DNA from: an uncultured bacterium
Lineage (GTDB): Bacteria; Verrucomicrobiota; Verrucomicrobiia; Verrucomicrobiales; DEV007
Direction: 5' to 3'
DNA: 41,687 nt
Assembly (NCBI GenBank): GCA_965367965.1
Contig: CBDULB010000043.1
Coordinates: 1-41,687 of the forward strand
The notes under the pieces are model-generated. The model saw nothing but the letters and a program-made list of their open reading frames with translations. It searched no databases and was not told where the DNA came from. Within the stretch, counting starts at the first letter, position 1, and each line of letters begins with the position of its first letter. The position numbers and the translations under genes were made by a program. This document shows positions 17,811 to 26,821 of the stretch, one piece after another.

Positions 17811-17956
17811 AAGTGAAAAGTCTATTGATTACGATAAGTAAACAATGAAAACAAGAGTTGTTTATGGTTATTTTATTTAACATATCAGAAATGAATTTTA
17901 TTATTGCAATAATTTTCAGTAATGATATTTTCCCAGTCTCGTCATAATTACTGGAA
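17811..17956. promoter_or_regulatory. Extremely AT-rich (~25% GC) divergent intergenic region between the GT2 synthase and the TolC-like OMP. Contains perfect palindromes.
   Basis: ATTATTGCAATAAT (17900-17913) is a 14-bp perfect palindrome. TAAACAA-N12-TTGTTTA lies at 17839-17864. The GC content contrasts sharply with the flanking ~65% GC coding DNA. Confidence 0.6.
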
Positions 17957-19813
17957 ATGAACACCTCAAACTTCTCTAGCCGTATCGCTGCGGTGCTGGC
18001 CCGCGGGTCGCTCGCCGTAGCGATGATTTCACTGGCCAGCTGTGCCCTGCCGCAGCTCGCTGACAACAAGCCCTACGTGGTACCCGACGGTGCTGCGGTG
18101 GACACCCTCTACAGCAGTTCGCCCGACCAGGCCGGTCACGGCAAACACACTTACTCCGGCAGTTATGCTGACAGTCGCCACGTGCAGGGCGCCGGCATCG
18201 ACAGCCATCCGCGCGTCGAAGCGGCGCGCTGGTTTGCCGAAGGCCTGCGCGGTGAAGCCCGTGCGCTTTCCGCCGAACGTTACCCGCGACTCAACTTGCA
18301 GGCGGCATCGGGTTACGCTTACACCAACGGCGGGTCGAGCTCCGGCTCGTCGCGCTCGTCGGTGAGCAGCAGTTGTGGCTCGGGCAGCTACGGTGGCAGT
18401 TGCGGTAAGAGTACCTGCTCAAAATGCGGTGGTGGATCCACCGCCGGCAGTGGCGGGTCGATGGGCTCCAGCTGGCGCGCCCGTCATGAAGCGCGCCTGG
18501 TGCTCAGCCAGCGAGTGTTTGACGGGCGTCGTTTGAAGTACGTCGAAGAAGCCGGTTTGTCGCGTGCCGCCGCCGCCGACCTGACGGCCCACACCGTGGC
18601 GCAGACTGTCGCGATCGAATACAGCACGGCGCACATCGATTATCTCCAGGCTCGCGACATCACTTCGCTGGCCGACCGCCTCGTCGACGCGCATCGCAAA
18701 ATGCTCGCAGTTACCACCGACAAACTCGGTCGCGGTCTGCAGTCACAGGCCGATGTCGATCTGGTGCGCTCGCGCCTCGAACGCAGTCAGTCGCTTTTAA
18801 AAACCCAGCAACTGTTGATGAACGACGCCGAAGTGCGTTTCCGCACCATCTCGGGCAAGTCGCCCAACCACGTCGCTGCTCCGCCGCAACCCAGCCGGAA
18901 TCAGCTGGCTGCGCTCAAGCTCGATCAGAACTGGGAGGTCAAAGCTGCCAACGAAACCTTGCGCTCGCGCCAGTTGGAAAATCAGGCGGCCGATCGACTC
19001 AAGTATCCGAATGTCGACATCGAAGTCGGTGCCCGCGCCGGTGATGGCTTTTACGGTGTCGCGTCTGCCGACGAGGAAGTGCAGGCCCTGCTGGTATTCA
19101 GCTGGGACATTCTCGACGGTGGCTTTCGCCAGGCCGAAAAATATCGCACCGAGGCCGGTATCCGCGAAGCACAGAGCCTGGTCGAAGCCTCCAAGCTCGA
19201 CGTGCGTCAGCTCTGGGACCTCGGTCGCGAGCTGCGCGGCAAATCGGGCGAACGCCTGAGCGAGTTGAACGGCTATGTCTCCAACCTCGGCAAAGCCATC
19301 GATGCGCTCGAAGCTGACTATGCCTCGAGCAAGCAGCCGGTGCTCAACGTGCTCGACATGCAGGACGAACTGTTCGAAGCCAAAGCTGAGCGGGTGCTGG
19401 AAAAATACAACATGCTGCGCGGCGGTTACGCCATGCTCGCCGCTTCCGGCGAACTGGTGAAAACGCTGGAACACTCCGGCGTGCCGACCACTCGTCAGTC
19501 GACCGGCACCAGCCTTGCCTCGACCACCAGCTGGTTCAGGAAGGCCGCAACGCACGTGCCGGCCTATGCTACGCAGCCGGCAAAAAGTGTGCCCGGTAAA
19601 ACCGCAGCTCCCGCTACTCAAAGCGTGCCGCAACCGCGCAACGTTCGTCAGACGGCCCACGCTCAGGCGCCGGCGGTTCGCGATACCCGTCCGTCATCGC
19701 AGGTCATCAAACGCATGGCACCGGCCACTCAACAATCGCCGATCAATCGCGATTCGGTGTATCAGCGTCGCAATCCTTACGCCAACCCGCTGGGCGGCTT
19801 CTCCGGATTCTGA
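17957..19813 (+). CDS. TolC-like outer membrane efflux protein (outer membrane factor). Carries a Gly/Ser/Cys-rich insert and a P/Q/T/A-rich C-terminal tail.
   Basis: Signal peptide with a possible lipobox (MISLASCA). OMF-type helical repeat segments (HIDYLQARD...LVRSRLERSQSLLKTQQLL..., RQLENQAADRLKYPNVDIEVGARAG...). Insert NGGSSSGSSRSSVSSSCGSGSYGGSCGKSTCSKCGGGSTAGSGGSMGSS at ~18326-18472. Low-complexity tail from ~19400. Confidence 0.65.
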   Translation: MNTSNFSSRIAAVLARGSLAVAMISLASCALPQLADNKPYVVPDGAAVDTLYSSSPDQAGHGKHTYSGSYADSRHVQGAGIDSHPRVEAARWFAEGLRGEARALSAERYPRLNLQAASGYAYTNGGSSSGSSRSSVSSSCGSGSYGGSCGKSTCSKCGGGSTAGSGGSMGSSWRARHEARLVLSQRVFDGRRLKYVEEAGLSRAAAADLTAHTVAQTVAIEYSTAHIDYLQARDITSLADRLVDAHRKMLAVTTDKLGRGLQSQADVDLVRSRLERSQSLLKTQQLLMNDAEVRFRTISGKSPNHVAAPPQPSRNQLAALKLDQNWEVKAANETLRSRQLENQAADRLKYPNVDIEVGARAGDGFYGVASADEEVQALLVFSWDILDGGFRQAEKYRTEAGIREAQSLVEASKLDVRQLWDLGRELRGKSGERLSELNGYVSNLGKAIDALEADYASSKQPVLNVLDMQDELFEAKAERVLEKYNMLRGGYAMLAASGELVKTLEHSGVPTTRQSTGTSLASTTSWFRKAATHVPAYATQPAKSVPGKTAAPATQSVPQPRNVRQTAHAQAPAVRDTRPSSQVIKRMAPATQQSPINRDSVYQRRNPYANPLGGFSGF

Positions 19814-19924
19814 TTTAAAAAGCCCCCGCACTTTGTAGCCGCGTTGCCTGCTACTGAACCATTTCGTCGGTCTGCCTGATCCAGTGGCATACGAGGGCCG
19901 ACGGATGCTAGAGAAGCCCAAGTA

Positions 19925-19962
19925 AACGCCGTCCCGGGAAACCGGGGCGGCGTTGTTGGTTA
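19925..19962 (+). terminator. Putative intrinsic terminator downstream of the OMP gene.
   Basis: AACGCCGTCCCGG-GAAA-CCGGGGCGGCGTT forms a 13-bp stem (one G-U pair) with a GAAA tetraloop, followed by TTGTTGGTT. Confidence 0.5.
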
Positions 19963-20507
19963 CGATGATCGTCAGCTTCCGTTCGTGTTCGCGCAGATCC
20001 AAGATGACGTATGGATCAGTACCGCAGGGAGCGGTCTGGATAGTCGGCAGATTTTTCCCAAGGGGGTCAAGGTAGTCGGCACAAAAAGTGGGCTGAAGGC
20101 CCACCAGCACAAAGCCCATGGCCTTCAGGCCCGGGTAAGCGTTGCCTGGATTTTACCGCTCTGACGGGGCGGCAGCAGATGGCTCAATTGTCGTTGAGCT
20201 AACGTTCGATGGCGAATCTTCAGGCTGCACATTTGCGATCCGATTTTACCCGGCCGTGAACGGCTGGGTGTTGTGCTTTCGGGCTCTCAGCCCGTTAAGC
20301 CACTGCCTACCTTGATGCCAATGGTATCTATCCCCGCGATGACCTCTGCCGTGAGGATGCAGATTCATTGCGTGCTGAGAATGTGGATTGAAACTCGCGT
20401 CTGCCGGGACGGGTCGCTACGCGTCAGTTTAGACCTGGCTGAACGCTAGCGGCATTACGGAACAGCGCAGGCTTGGCGGTGATCGATAGCATCGCTAAAA
20501 AGCGGGT

Positions 20508-21836
20508 ATGAAACTGAACCCCGACGCTGCAGCGTCCGTTTCCGACAGCCGCCGCAACTTTATCAAAAAGGGCAGCGTACTGGCCGCCATCGGCAGTGCA
20601 TCGGTCGCCGGCATGGTTCACGGAGCACCGGACAACCGCATCAAACTCGGTATGGTCGGTTGCGGCGGTCGAGGTACCGGAGCCGCCAACCAGGCGATGA
20701 ATGCCGGCGACGACATCGAGCTGGTCGCGATGTGCGACGTCAACGAAAAAGTGCTGCGCGACTCGCGCGAGATTTTGCGCAAGCAGAAGCAAAAGCAGAC
20801 CACGGTCGGCGACGATCAGCTCTACACCGGCTTCGATGACTACAAGCAGGTCATTGCTGAATGCGACGTCGTCATACTCGCTACATCACCCGGGTTTCGG
20901 CCTCAGCATTTTGAAGAAGCCGTGCGTCAGGGCAAACACGTGTTTATGGAAAAACCGGTCGCCAGTGACGTCGACGGTATCAAGCGGGTGCTCGCCGCCG
21001 GCAAAGAAGCGCAGGCGAAAAATCTTAAAGTCGGCGTCGGATTGCAGCGTCGTCATCAACCCGGTTATGTCGATTTGGTCAAGCGGATCCAGGACGGCGC
21101 CATCGGCGATATTTTAATGCTGCGTGCGCTTTGGAACGGCGGCGCACGACCCGGCCGCGAACGGCTCGAGGGCGAGACTGAACTCGAGTATCAGATCCGC
21201 AACTGGTACTACTTCACCTGGCTGTCCGGTGATCACAATGTCGAGCAACACGTTCACAACCTCGATGTGGTCAATTGGATCAAAGGCGATCATCCGGTTG
21301 CCGCGCGCGGCATGGGCGGTCGACAGGTGCGCAACAAAAAGGAGAACGGTCAGATTTTTGACCACCATTTCGTCGAGTACGAATACGCCGACGGCACTTT
21401 GCTCTACAGCCAGGCACGGCAGATACCCGGCTGTGTGCGCGACATTTCCGAAAGCGCCACCGGCACCCTCGGCAGTGCCAGCCTGAGCCAGCGCGACTTC
21501 GCGATTACCGGCAAAAATGCTTACCAGAACCGGCTGCGCAAAGGCGAGGACGGTCACCAGCTCGAGCATTACCCGCTGTTCAAAGCGATTCGTGAAAACC
21601 TTCCGCACATGGAAGCGGAACAGGGCGCCACGGCGACCATGACGGCGATCCTTGGCCGCATGAGCAATTATTCCGGCCAGGAGGTGCGCTGGGACGAAGC
21701 CATGGCCGACGGTCAGAAACTGGTGCCCGACGGCCTCAAGACCTTCGCCGACACCGCCCCGGTGCAACCCGATGCCGACGGATGGTACCCCGTGGCCACC
21801 CCCGGCGTCACCAAACCGTTTGAAATCTGGTACTGA
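20508..21836 (+). CDS. Gfo/Idh/MocA family oxidoreductase with a twin-arginine (Tat) signal peptide.
   Basis: SRRNFIKKGSVLAAIGSASVAG is a Tat motif. IKLGMVGCGGRGTGAANQAMNAGDDIELVAMCDVN is the Rossmann motif of the Gfo/Idh/MocA family. Confidence 0.8.
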   Translation: MKLNPDAAASVSDSRRNFIKKGSVLAAIGSASVAGMVHGAPDNRIKLGMVGCGGRGTGAANQAMNAGDDIELVAMCDVNEKVLRDSREILRKQKQKQTTVGDDQLYTGFDDYKQVIAECDVVILATSPGFRPQHFEEAVRQGKHVFMEKPVASDVDGIKRVLAAGKEAQAKNLKVGVGLQRRHQPGYVDLVKRIQDGAIGDILMLRALWNGGARPGRERLEGETELEYQIRNWYYFTWLSGDHNVEQHVHNLDVVNWIKGDHPVAARGMGGRQVRNKKENGQIFDHHFVEYEYADGTLLYSQARQIPGCVRDISESATGTLGSASLSQRDFAITGKNAYQNRLRKGEDGHQLEHYPLFKAIRENLPHMEAEQGATATMTAILGRMSNYSGQEVRWDEAMADGQKLVPDGLKTFADTAPVQPDADGWYPVATPGVTKPFEIWY

Positions 21837-21924
21837 AAAACAAGTCGAGACTTGCATGTCGCGTCACCTGTCGAGATAACAACAAGCTGCCGGGCGCGCG
21901 CTGCGCTCAGCGAATGATTTTACT

Positions 21925-23235
21925 ATGAGTGATTTAGAAAAAAATACCGCAGGCGGTAAATGGTACCAAGGCGTCAGTCGCTACGAGTGGCTGGTGCTGA
22001 TCATCGCATCGGCGGGCTGGATTTTTGATGTCTACGAAGGCCAGATATTTAATCTGACCCGCAACCAGATGTTGCAGGACATTCTCGGCGTCGGTTCCGA
22101 TCATCCGGATATTGCCAAGTACGGAGAGTGGTTCCTCGGTATTTTTCTGCTCGGGGGAACGATCGGTGGACTCATGTTCGGCTCGCTGGCTGACCGCTTT
22201 GGGCGGCGACCGATCATGATGATCACCATCCTGATGTATTCGCTTTTTTCCGGGCTCACCTATTTCGCCCAGACGCTCGAACACGTCATGGTGTTGCGTT
22301 TTCTGACGGCCATGGGAATCGGCGGGGAGTGGGCGGTGGCCGCCGCTCTGGTATCGGAGGTTTTTCCAACCAAGGCGCGTGCTCAGGCGTCGGGAATCTT
22401 TCACGCATCGAGCGTGGTAGGCACCTGGCTGGCGACGATCGCGGCGATCGCTGTAGGCTCACAGTGGCGTTACGCCTACTTGATCGGTGTCTTGCCCGCA
22501 CTGTTAATTGTATGGGTTCGCTTCAGTGTCAAAGAGCCGAAGCAATGGCAGGATGCCGAAAAAGCGCGGATCGCCGGTGGTAAGCGGGGCAGCTTCAAGG
22601 AACTGCTCACTGTTTCCCCCTGGGCGAAGAATGCCTTCCTGGCGATGGGCCTGGCCGCGGTTGGTTTGGGAACGTTCTGGGCGGTAACCATCGCCGGTCA
22701 GGACCTGGCGCGGGAAACGCTGACCAGGGAAGCGGTGAACAACCCGGAACTGACGGCAGAGGTCATCGCCAGCAAATCCAAGTTCGCTTACGGCATCGTA
22801 CAGACGATCGGGGGCGGCGTCGGACTGTTGAGTTTTGGAATGATCGCGGCGCGCATTGGCCGCAGGAAGACCTTTATTTTTTATCACGTCGCGGCGTTGA
22901 TCATCGTGCCGATCACCTGTTTCGTTCCACAGAGCTACCAATCGCTGCTCGTTATCCTACCTTTGTTTGGTTTCTGTACTCTGGGAATGCATGCCGGTTA
23001 CGCGGTCTACTTTCCCGAGTTGTTTCCGAATCGGCTGCGAGCCACCGGCACCAGTTTCGGTTTTAACGGTGGGCGAATTCTGGCGGTGTCAGTGCTGTAT
23101 TTCTCCGGTTGGCTGAAGTCGCAGGACGGAATGCAACTGACTCATGCGTTGATGTATCTCTCCGCGTTATTTGCGGTCGGTATCGTGCTGGTGCTGTTCA
23201 TGCCCGAAACCAGGGGCAAGGATCTGCCTGAATAA
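21925..23235 (+). CDS. MFS transporter (12 TM).
   Basis: Major facilitator architecture. A conserved G-R-R-P motif after TM2 (GSLADRFGRRPIMM). Confidence 0.75.
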   Translation: MSDLEKNTAGGKWYQGVSRYEWLVLIIASAGWIFDVYEGQIFNLTRNQMLQDILGVGSDHPDIAKYGEWFLGIFLLGGTIGGLMFGSLADRFGRRPIMMITILMYSLFSGLTYFAQTLEHVMVLRFLTAMGIGGEWAVAAALVSEVFPTKARAQASGIFHASSVVGTWLATIAAIAVGSQWRYAYLIGVLPALLIVWVRFSVKEPKQWQDAEKARIAGGKRGSFKELLTVSPWAKNAFLAMGLAAVGLGTFWAVTIAGQDLARETLTREAVNNPELTAEVIASKSKFAYGIVQTIGGGVGLLSFGMIAARIGRRKTFIFYHVAALIIVPITCFVPQSYQSLLVILPLFGFCTLGMHAGYAVYFPELFPNRLRATGTSFGFNGGRILAVSVLYFSGWLKSQDGMQLTHALMYLSALFAVGIVLVLFMPETRGKDLPE

Positions 23236-23246
23236 TCTAACCGTAG

Positions 23247-24059
23247 ATGACCCCAACCGACTACGCCCTGGTGGCGTTGGTGCTCGCCGGCGCGGCCTTC
23301 GTGCAGTCGGCGAGCGGCTTTGGTTTCGCGCTGGTCGCGGTCGCCGCCCTGCCGCAGATCATCGGCCTGGAGTCGGCGATTTCGCTGATCGCTGCGTTTA
23401 ATCTATTGGTGTCACTGAGCACCCTCTGGCTGAATCGTGGCGACTTTTCGTGGCCACGAACCTGGCCGCTGGCGGTCGCGATCTGCGCCACGCTGCCGAT
23501 TGGTTTCTGGTTTTTAAAAAATGCCGATGGAACAATTTTGATCCGCGTCCTGGGGATCATTCTGATCGTCGTCGCAGTGATGGATCTGAGGATGGCAGCG
23601 GTAAACTTCTGGCAAACCCGCGTTTTAAAAACGAAGCCGACACGCGGGGCGGCTGCACCGGTGGACGCAATGACTCCCGGGGTTGACGTTCAGACCCTGC
23701 CGAAGTGGAGCGTTTGGCCGCTCGGCTTGATCGGTGGCTTACTTGGCGGGGCTTTTAATGTCTCCGGCCCGCCAGCGGTCGCCTATGCCTATTCGCAACC
23801 GTGGACCAAGCTGCAGATCGTCGCGGTTTTGCAGACCGTATTTCTCATCGCCGGACTGTTCCGCAACGGCCTGATGGTCGCTGCCGGTGACTACAATGCG
23901 CAACTGTTTCGTTGGATCCTGTGCTCCATCCCCGCCGCACTGGTTGCCATCTGGCTCGGCAAAAAGCTGCTCGATCGTTTACCGAAAAACTTGCTCAAGC
24001 TGCTCGTATTCACCTTCATCCTGGTGATGGGTCTGAAGTATTTGCTGGTCGGAATGTAG
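23247..24059 (+). CDS. TauE/SafE (TSUP, DUF81) family sulfite/anion exporter.
   Basis: Two-repeat 4+4 TM architecture with Gly-rich motifs (FVQSASGFGFALV ... LGGAFNVSGPP). Confidence 0.7.
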   Translation: MTPTDYALVALVLAGAAFVQSASGFGFALVAVAALPQIIGLESAISLIAAFNLLVSLSTLWLNRGDFSWPRTWPLAVAICATLPIGFWFLKNADGTILIRVLGIILIVVAVMDLRMAAVNFWQTRVLKTKPTRGAAAPVDAMTPGVDVQTLPKWSVWPLGLIGGLLGGAFNVSGPPAVAYAYSQPWTKLQIVAVLQTVFLIAGLFRNGLMVAAGDYNAQLFRWILCSIPAALVAIWLGKKLLDRLPKNLLKLLVFTFILVMGLKYLLVGM

Positions 24060-24074
24060 ACCGGAACCAGTCGG

Positions 24075-25244
24075 TCACTTGCGTGGTGCGGTTGTCAGCG
24101 GCGTCACCGGATCGCCTTCCGGTACACGTCCGTAAACCTCCGGGAGCTTGCAGGTTTTCAGGCGCGGCAGAACGTGCCTGGCGAACAGTTCGCATTCTTC
24201 CTTGTGCGGGTAGCCCGAGAAAATGAACGCCCGGAAGCCGAGACTCATGTAGCGCTGCAGTTTTTCGTAAACCTGATCCGGGTCGCCGACGATCGCCGAG
24301 CCGCAACCCGAGCGCGCCCGACCGATGCCCGACCAGACATTGGGCTCGATGTAGTCATCATTGTCAGCAGCCTGCTCACGTAACTCGTCCTGGCGTTTCA
24401 CCCCGGCCGACTCGGAGTCCTGCGAGCGGTGCTTGAGCTCCTCGCCGCGGCCGGCATCCAACTTCGATGCCAGTTCGCGTGCCGCCTCGCGGGCTTCCTC
24501 TTCGGTCTCGCGAACGATCATGTGAATGCGCAAACCGTAGTCGATAACGCGACCGTGTTTTTCCGCCAGCGCCGTCATGTTGCGCATCGTGTCGACCAAG
24601 CGGTCCTCGGTCTCCGGCCACATCAAAAATACGTCGCAATGCTCCGCGCAGAGTTCCTGCGCCGCCGGAGAAATGCCGCCGAAGTAAAGCAGCGGACCGC
24701 CGTTCTGCTGATAGGTCTTCAACGGATCGGTGCCCAACTCGATGTCGTAGTAGTCGCCATGAAAATCGATTTTGTCTTTGGTCCAGCCATCTTTGAGAAT
24801 CTGGATGACCTCGCGCGAACGATCGTAACGCGCCTGCGATTCCATCTTCGTTCCCGGCAGATCCGACGAGATGATATTGATCGTCAGCCGTCCCTTCAGG
24901 ATGTGGTCGAGCGTCGCAATCGCCCGTCCCAGCATCGGCGGATGGATCTCACCCATGCGCACCGCAACCAGCAGTTGCATTTGATCGAGCTGCGGTGCCA
25001 CCGCTGAGGCAAACTCAAGAGGTTCCTGGCCAACCACAAATCCCGACGGCAGCAGAATGTTCTGATAGCCACACCGATCCGCCGTTTTTACGATATCCGA
25101 GCAATGCTCCCAACTGCTGCGCAAATCTTCGTCGAGCACGCCGAGGTGACGGCAGTCCTCATTGCACAAGGCACTGAACCAGGCAATTTCAGCGGCGTCG
25201 AGGTCAGCGGAGCGGATGCGAATTCCTTCGGGTAAGTCAGCCAT
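24075..25244 (-). CDS. LLM-class flavin-dependent monooxygenase, SsuD (alkanesulfonate monooxygenase)-like.
   Basis: Extended similarity to E. coli SsuD: [71 protein letters not shown] vs [71 protein letters not shown]; and [46 protein letters not shown] vs [46 protein letters not shown]. SfnG and MsuD belong to the same family. Confidence 0.75.
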   Translation of the reverse strand: MADLPEGIRIRSADLDAAEIAWFSALCNEDCRHLGVLDEDLRSSWEHCSDIVKTADRCGYQNILLPSGFVVGQEPLEFASAVAPQLDQMQLLVAVRMGEIHPPMLGRAIATLDHILKGRLTINIISSDLPGTKMESQARYDRSREVIQILKDGWTKDKIDFHGDYYDIELGTDPLKTYQQNGGPLLYFGGISPAAQELCAEHCDVFLMWPETEDRLVDTMRNMTALAEKHGRVIDYGLRIHMIVRETEEEAREAARELASKLDAGRGEELKHRSQDSESAGVKRQDELREQAADNDDYIEPNVWSGIGRARSGCGSAIVGDPDQVYEKLQRYMSLGFRAFIFSGYPHKEECELFARHVLPRLKTCKLPEVYGRVPEGDPVTPLTTAPRK

Positions 25245-25547
25245 GCGGACACTTTGAACGCGAGACCGTTTTGATTCAATCGGTAATACCGGCCGGATCG
25301 ATCCGATCCGTTGGCGGAATCGCCGGAGCTGGCATTTTTAAACTGCAAGGTGGCAACGCTGTGAAGCGCCAAAAGTGAGCTTTCGAACCCGGCGAATGGC
25401 CAATAAGGCGGCAATAGAGAGCCGGCGGCAGCTTCGCGAGCGGCTCTGCAAACTGTCGGACCCCGGCTGTCGTAGATCGATCAATCTGCTGAAACGCCTG
25501 ATCGGTTCGCCGGCGTCGACGTGGTTGCGGGCACGTCGCCCGGCCTC

Positions 25548-26609
25548 CTACGATCTCTCGCGGCCGATCACATCCTTGCGCAGATTGCGCGCCGTGGTCA
25601 GCCCGCCCCAATCGGCACCGCGCATCGGCCGGGCACCGGACTGACGTCGCTCGCTGAATTGCTCGCGAAATTGTTCAAAGACACCGTCGACAAACCCGGC
25701 GTGCCCAAAAGCTGTGCCATCACAAAAGTAACGAACCCTGGAACGCATCAGCACGTGGACCGGCAGCCGACCTTTTTCATCCGCAATCACTCGCTCGACC
25801 GCCTGTGCATCGATGCCTGCCCGCGCGCCCGCGTGGCCACTGCGTGGATCGCCGGTGCGCCTCTCCCCGTGACCGAACAAGTGCATCCGATACGCAGGAC
25901 CGACTTCGCGCCAACTCGCCGATCGACCGTCCCAGGCTCGTGTCCGGGCATGCATTCGGGAAAGATTCCGCCGCGCCAACCTGCCGCCCGCCACCGCCTC
26001 CGCGTAACCGCACCACCGATAATCCTTCGGGTCACTGACGACGCCCGCCCGCACCGGGTTTAACTCAATATAGGCCGCCATGGTCATCAGAGCGTGTTCG
26101 TCCGCTTCGACGACGACACTCTTGAAGCGTCCCTCCCATAGCGTGCCCGAGCGATCATTGCGGGCATTGTACCAAAGGGTGAAGCGCGCCTTCAGCTCCT
26201 TGCAAAACACCGACAGATCGCCCATCCGCGCCTGATACCGCCTCAGGACTTCAGCCAACCAGATTGGTGACCCCGTCGAGCTCTGCGCATCGGCGACCGC
26301 CCGATCCAGTTCATCCACGACCAGCGCCAGTGCGTCGCCCTGATAAAGCTCAGCCAACTTGCTGCGCAGAGAATCAGCAGTCAGCGGCGCAATTGTTTCA
26401 GGGTCCGGGACCTCGAGGAGAAGATGAAAGTGATTCGACATCAGGCAATAGGTCAGCACCCGAACCTCCAAAAACGCCTCCAATCGTCGAATCATCGATC
26501 GAAACACCTCTTTCTCCACCGGCCCGAACACAAAATTGCGGTCCACCACCCGCGACACCGCATGATAGGCCCCTCCGCGAGGGAGTATAATGCGCTGCTG
26601 CTTCCCCAT
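25548..26609 (-). CDS. IS200-like / REP-associated Y1 (HuH) tyrosine transposase, long form (~353 aa).
   Basis: HuH motif CLMSNHFHLLLEV. C-terminal catalytic region GTLWEGRFKSVVVEADEHALMTMAAYIELNPVRAGVV, which is the LWQxRF...YIxxNPV signature of the Y1_Tnp/RAYT family. The track ORF starts at 26840. I chose ATG 26609 (MGKQQRIILPRG). Confidence 0.7.
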   Translation of the reverse strand: MGKQQRIILPRGGAYHAVSRVVDRNFVFGPVEKEVFRSMIRRLEAFLEVRVLTYCLMSNHFHLLLEVPDPETIAPLTADSLRSKLAELYQGDALALVVDELDRAVADAQSSTGSPIWLAEVLRRYQARMGDLSVFCKELKARFTLWYNARNDRSGTLWEGRFKSVVVEADEHALMTMAAYIELNPVRAGVVSDPKDYRWCGYAEAVAGGRLARRNLSRMHARTRAWDGRSASWREVGPAYRMHLFGHGERRTGDPRSGHAGARAGIDAQAVERVIADEKGRLPVHVLMRSRVRYFCDGTAFGHAGFVDGVFEQFREQFSERRQSGARPMRGADWGGLTTARNLRKDVIGRERS

Positions 26610-26640
26610 CGTAACCACAGTCTGCCACCCACAACCAACA

Positions 26641-26658
26641 CCGCAAGTAAATATAAGC
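26641..26658. repeat. Left copy of a perfect 18-bp inverted repeat (CCGCAAGTAAATATAAGC).
   Basis: Exact reverse complement of 34959-34976. AT-rich against the GC-rich background. Followed by the hairpin CTGCA-TATTC-TGCAG. Lies 32 nt upstream of the Y1 transposase start. Confidence 0.8.
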
Positions 26659-26821
26659 TGCATATTCTGCAGTTCTTTTACTGAGAGTAGGTGAGTGGTG
26701 CCTGTGTCGGTCGGATTGGGAGTCGACGTTAAGGCGGGCCGGGGTTGTTTGGGGCGAGCGGGGGGGGGAGCCGGGAGCCTGCGGCCCGACCCGCAGGCCG
26801 CGGGGTGGGATGGCGTTGACG

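Noticed and set aside
18797-19660. Minus ORF of 287 aa inside the TolC-like gene.
   Set aside because: Antisense shadow of the OMF gene.
19694-20119. Minus ORF of 141 aa spanning the OMF 3' end and the terminator hairpin.
   Set aside because: It overlaps a better-supported gene and a structural hairpin. Composition is unconvincing.
25380-25400. tRNA-like T-arm word GCTTTCGAACCCGG.
   Set aside because: The flanking sequence cannot form an acceptor stem, D-arm or anticodon arm. No tRNA is called anywhere in the window.
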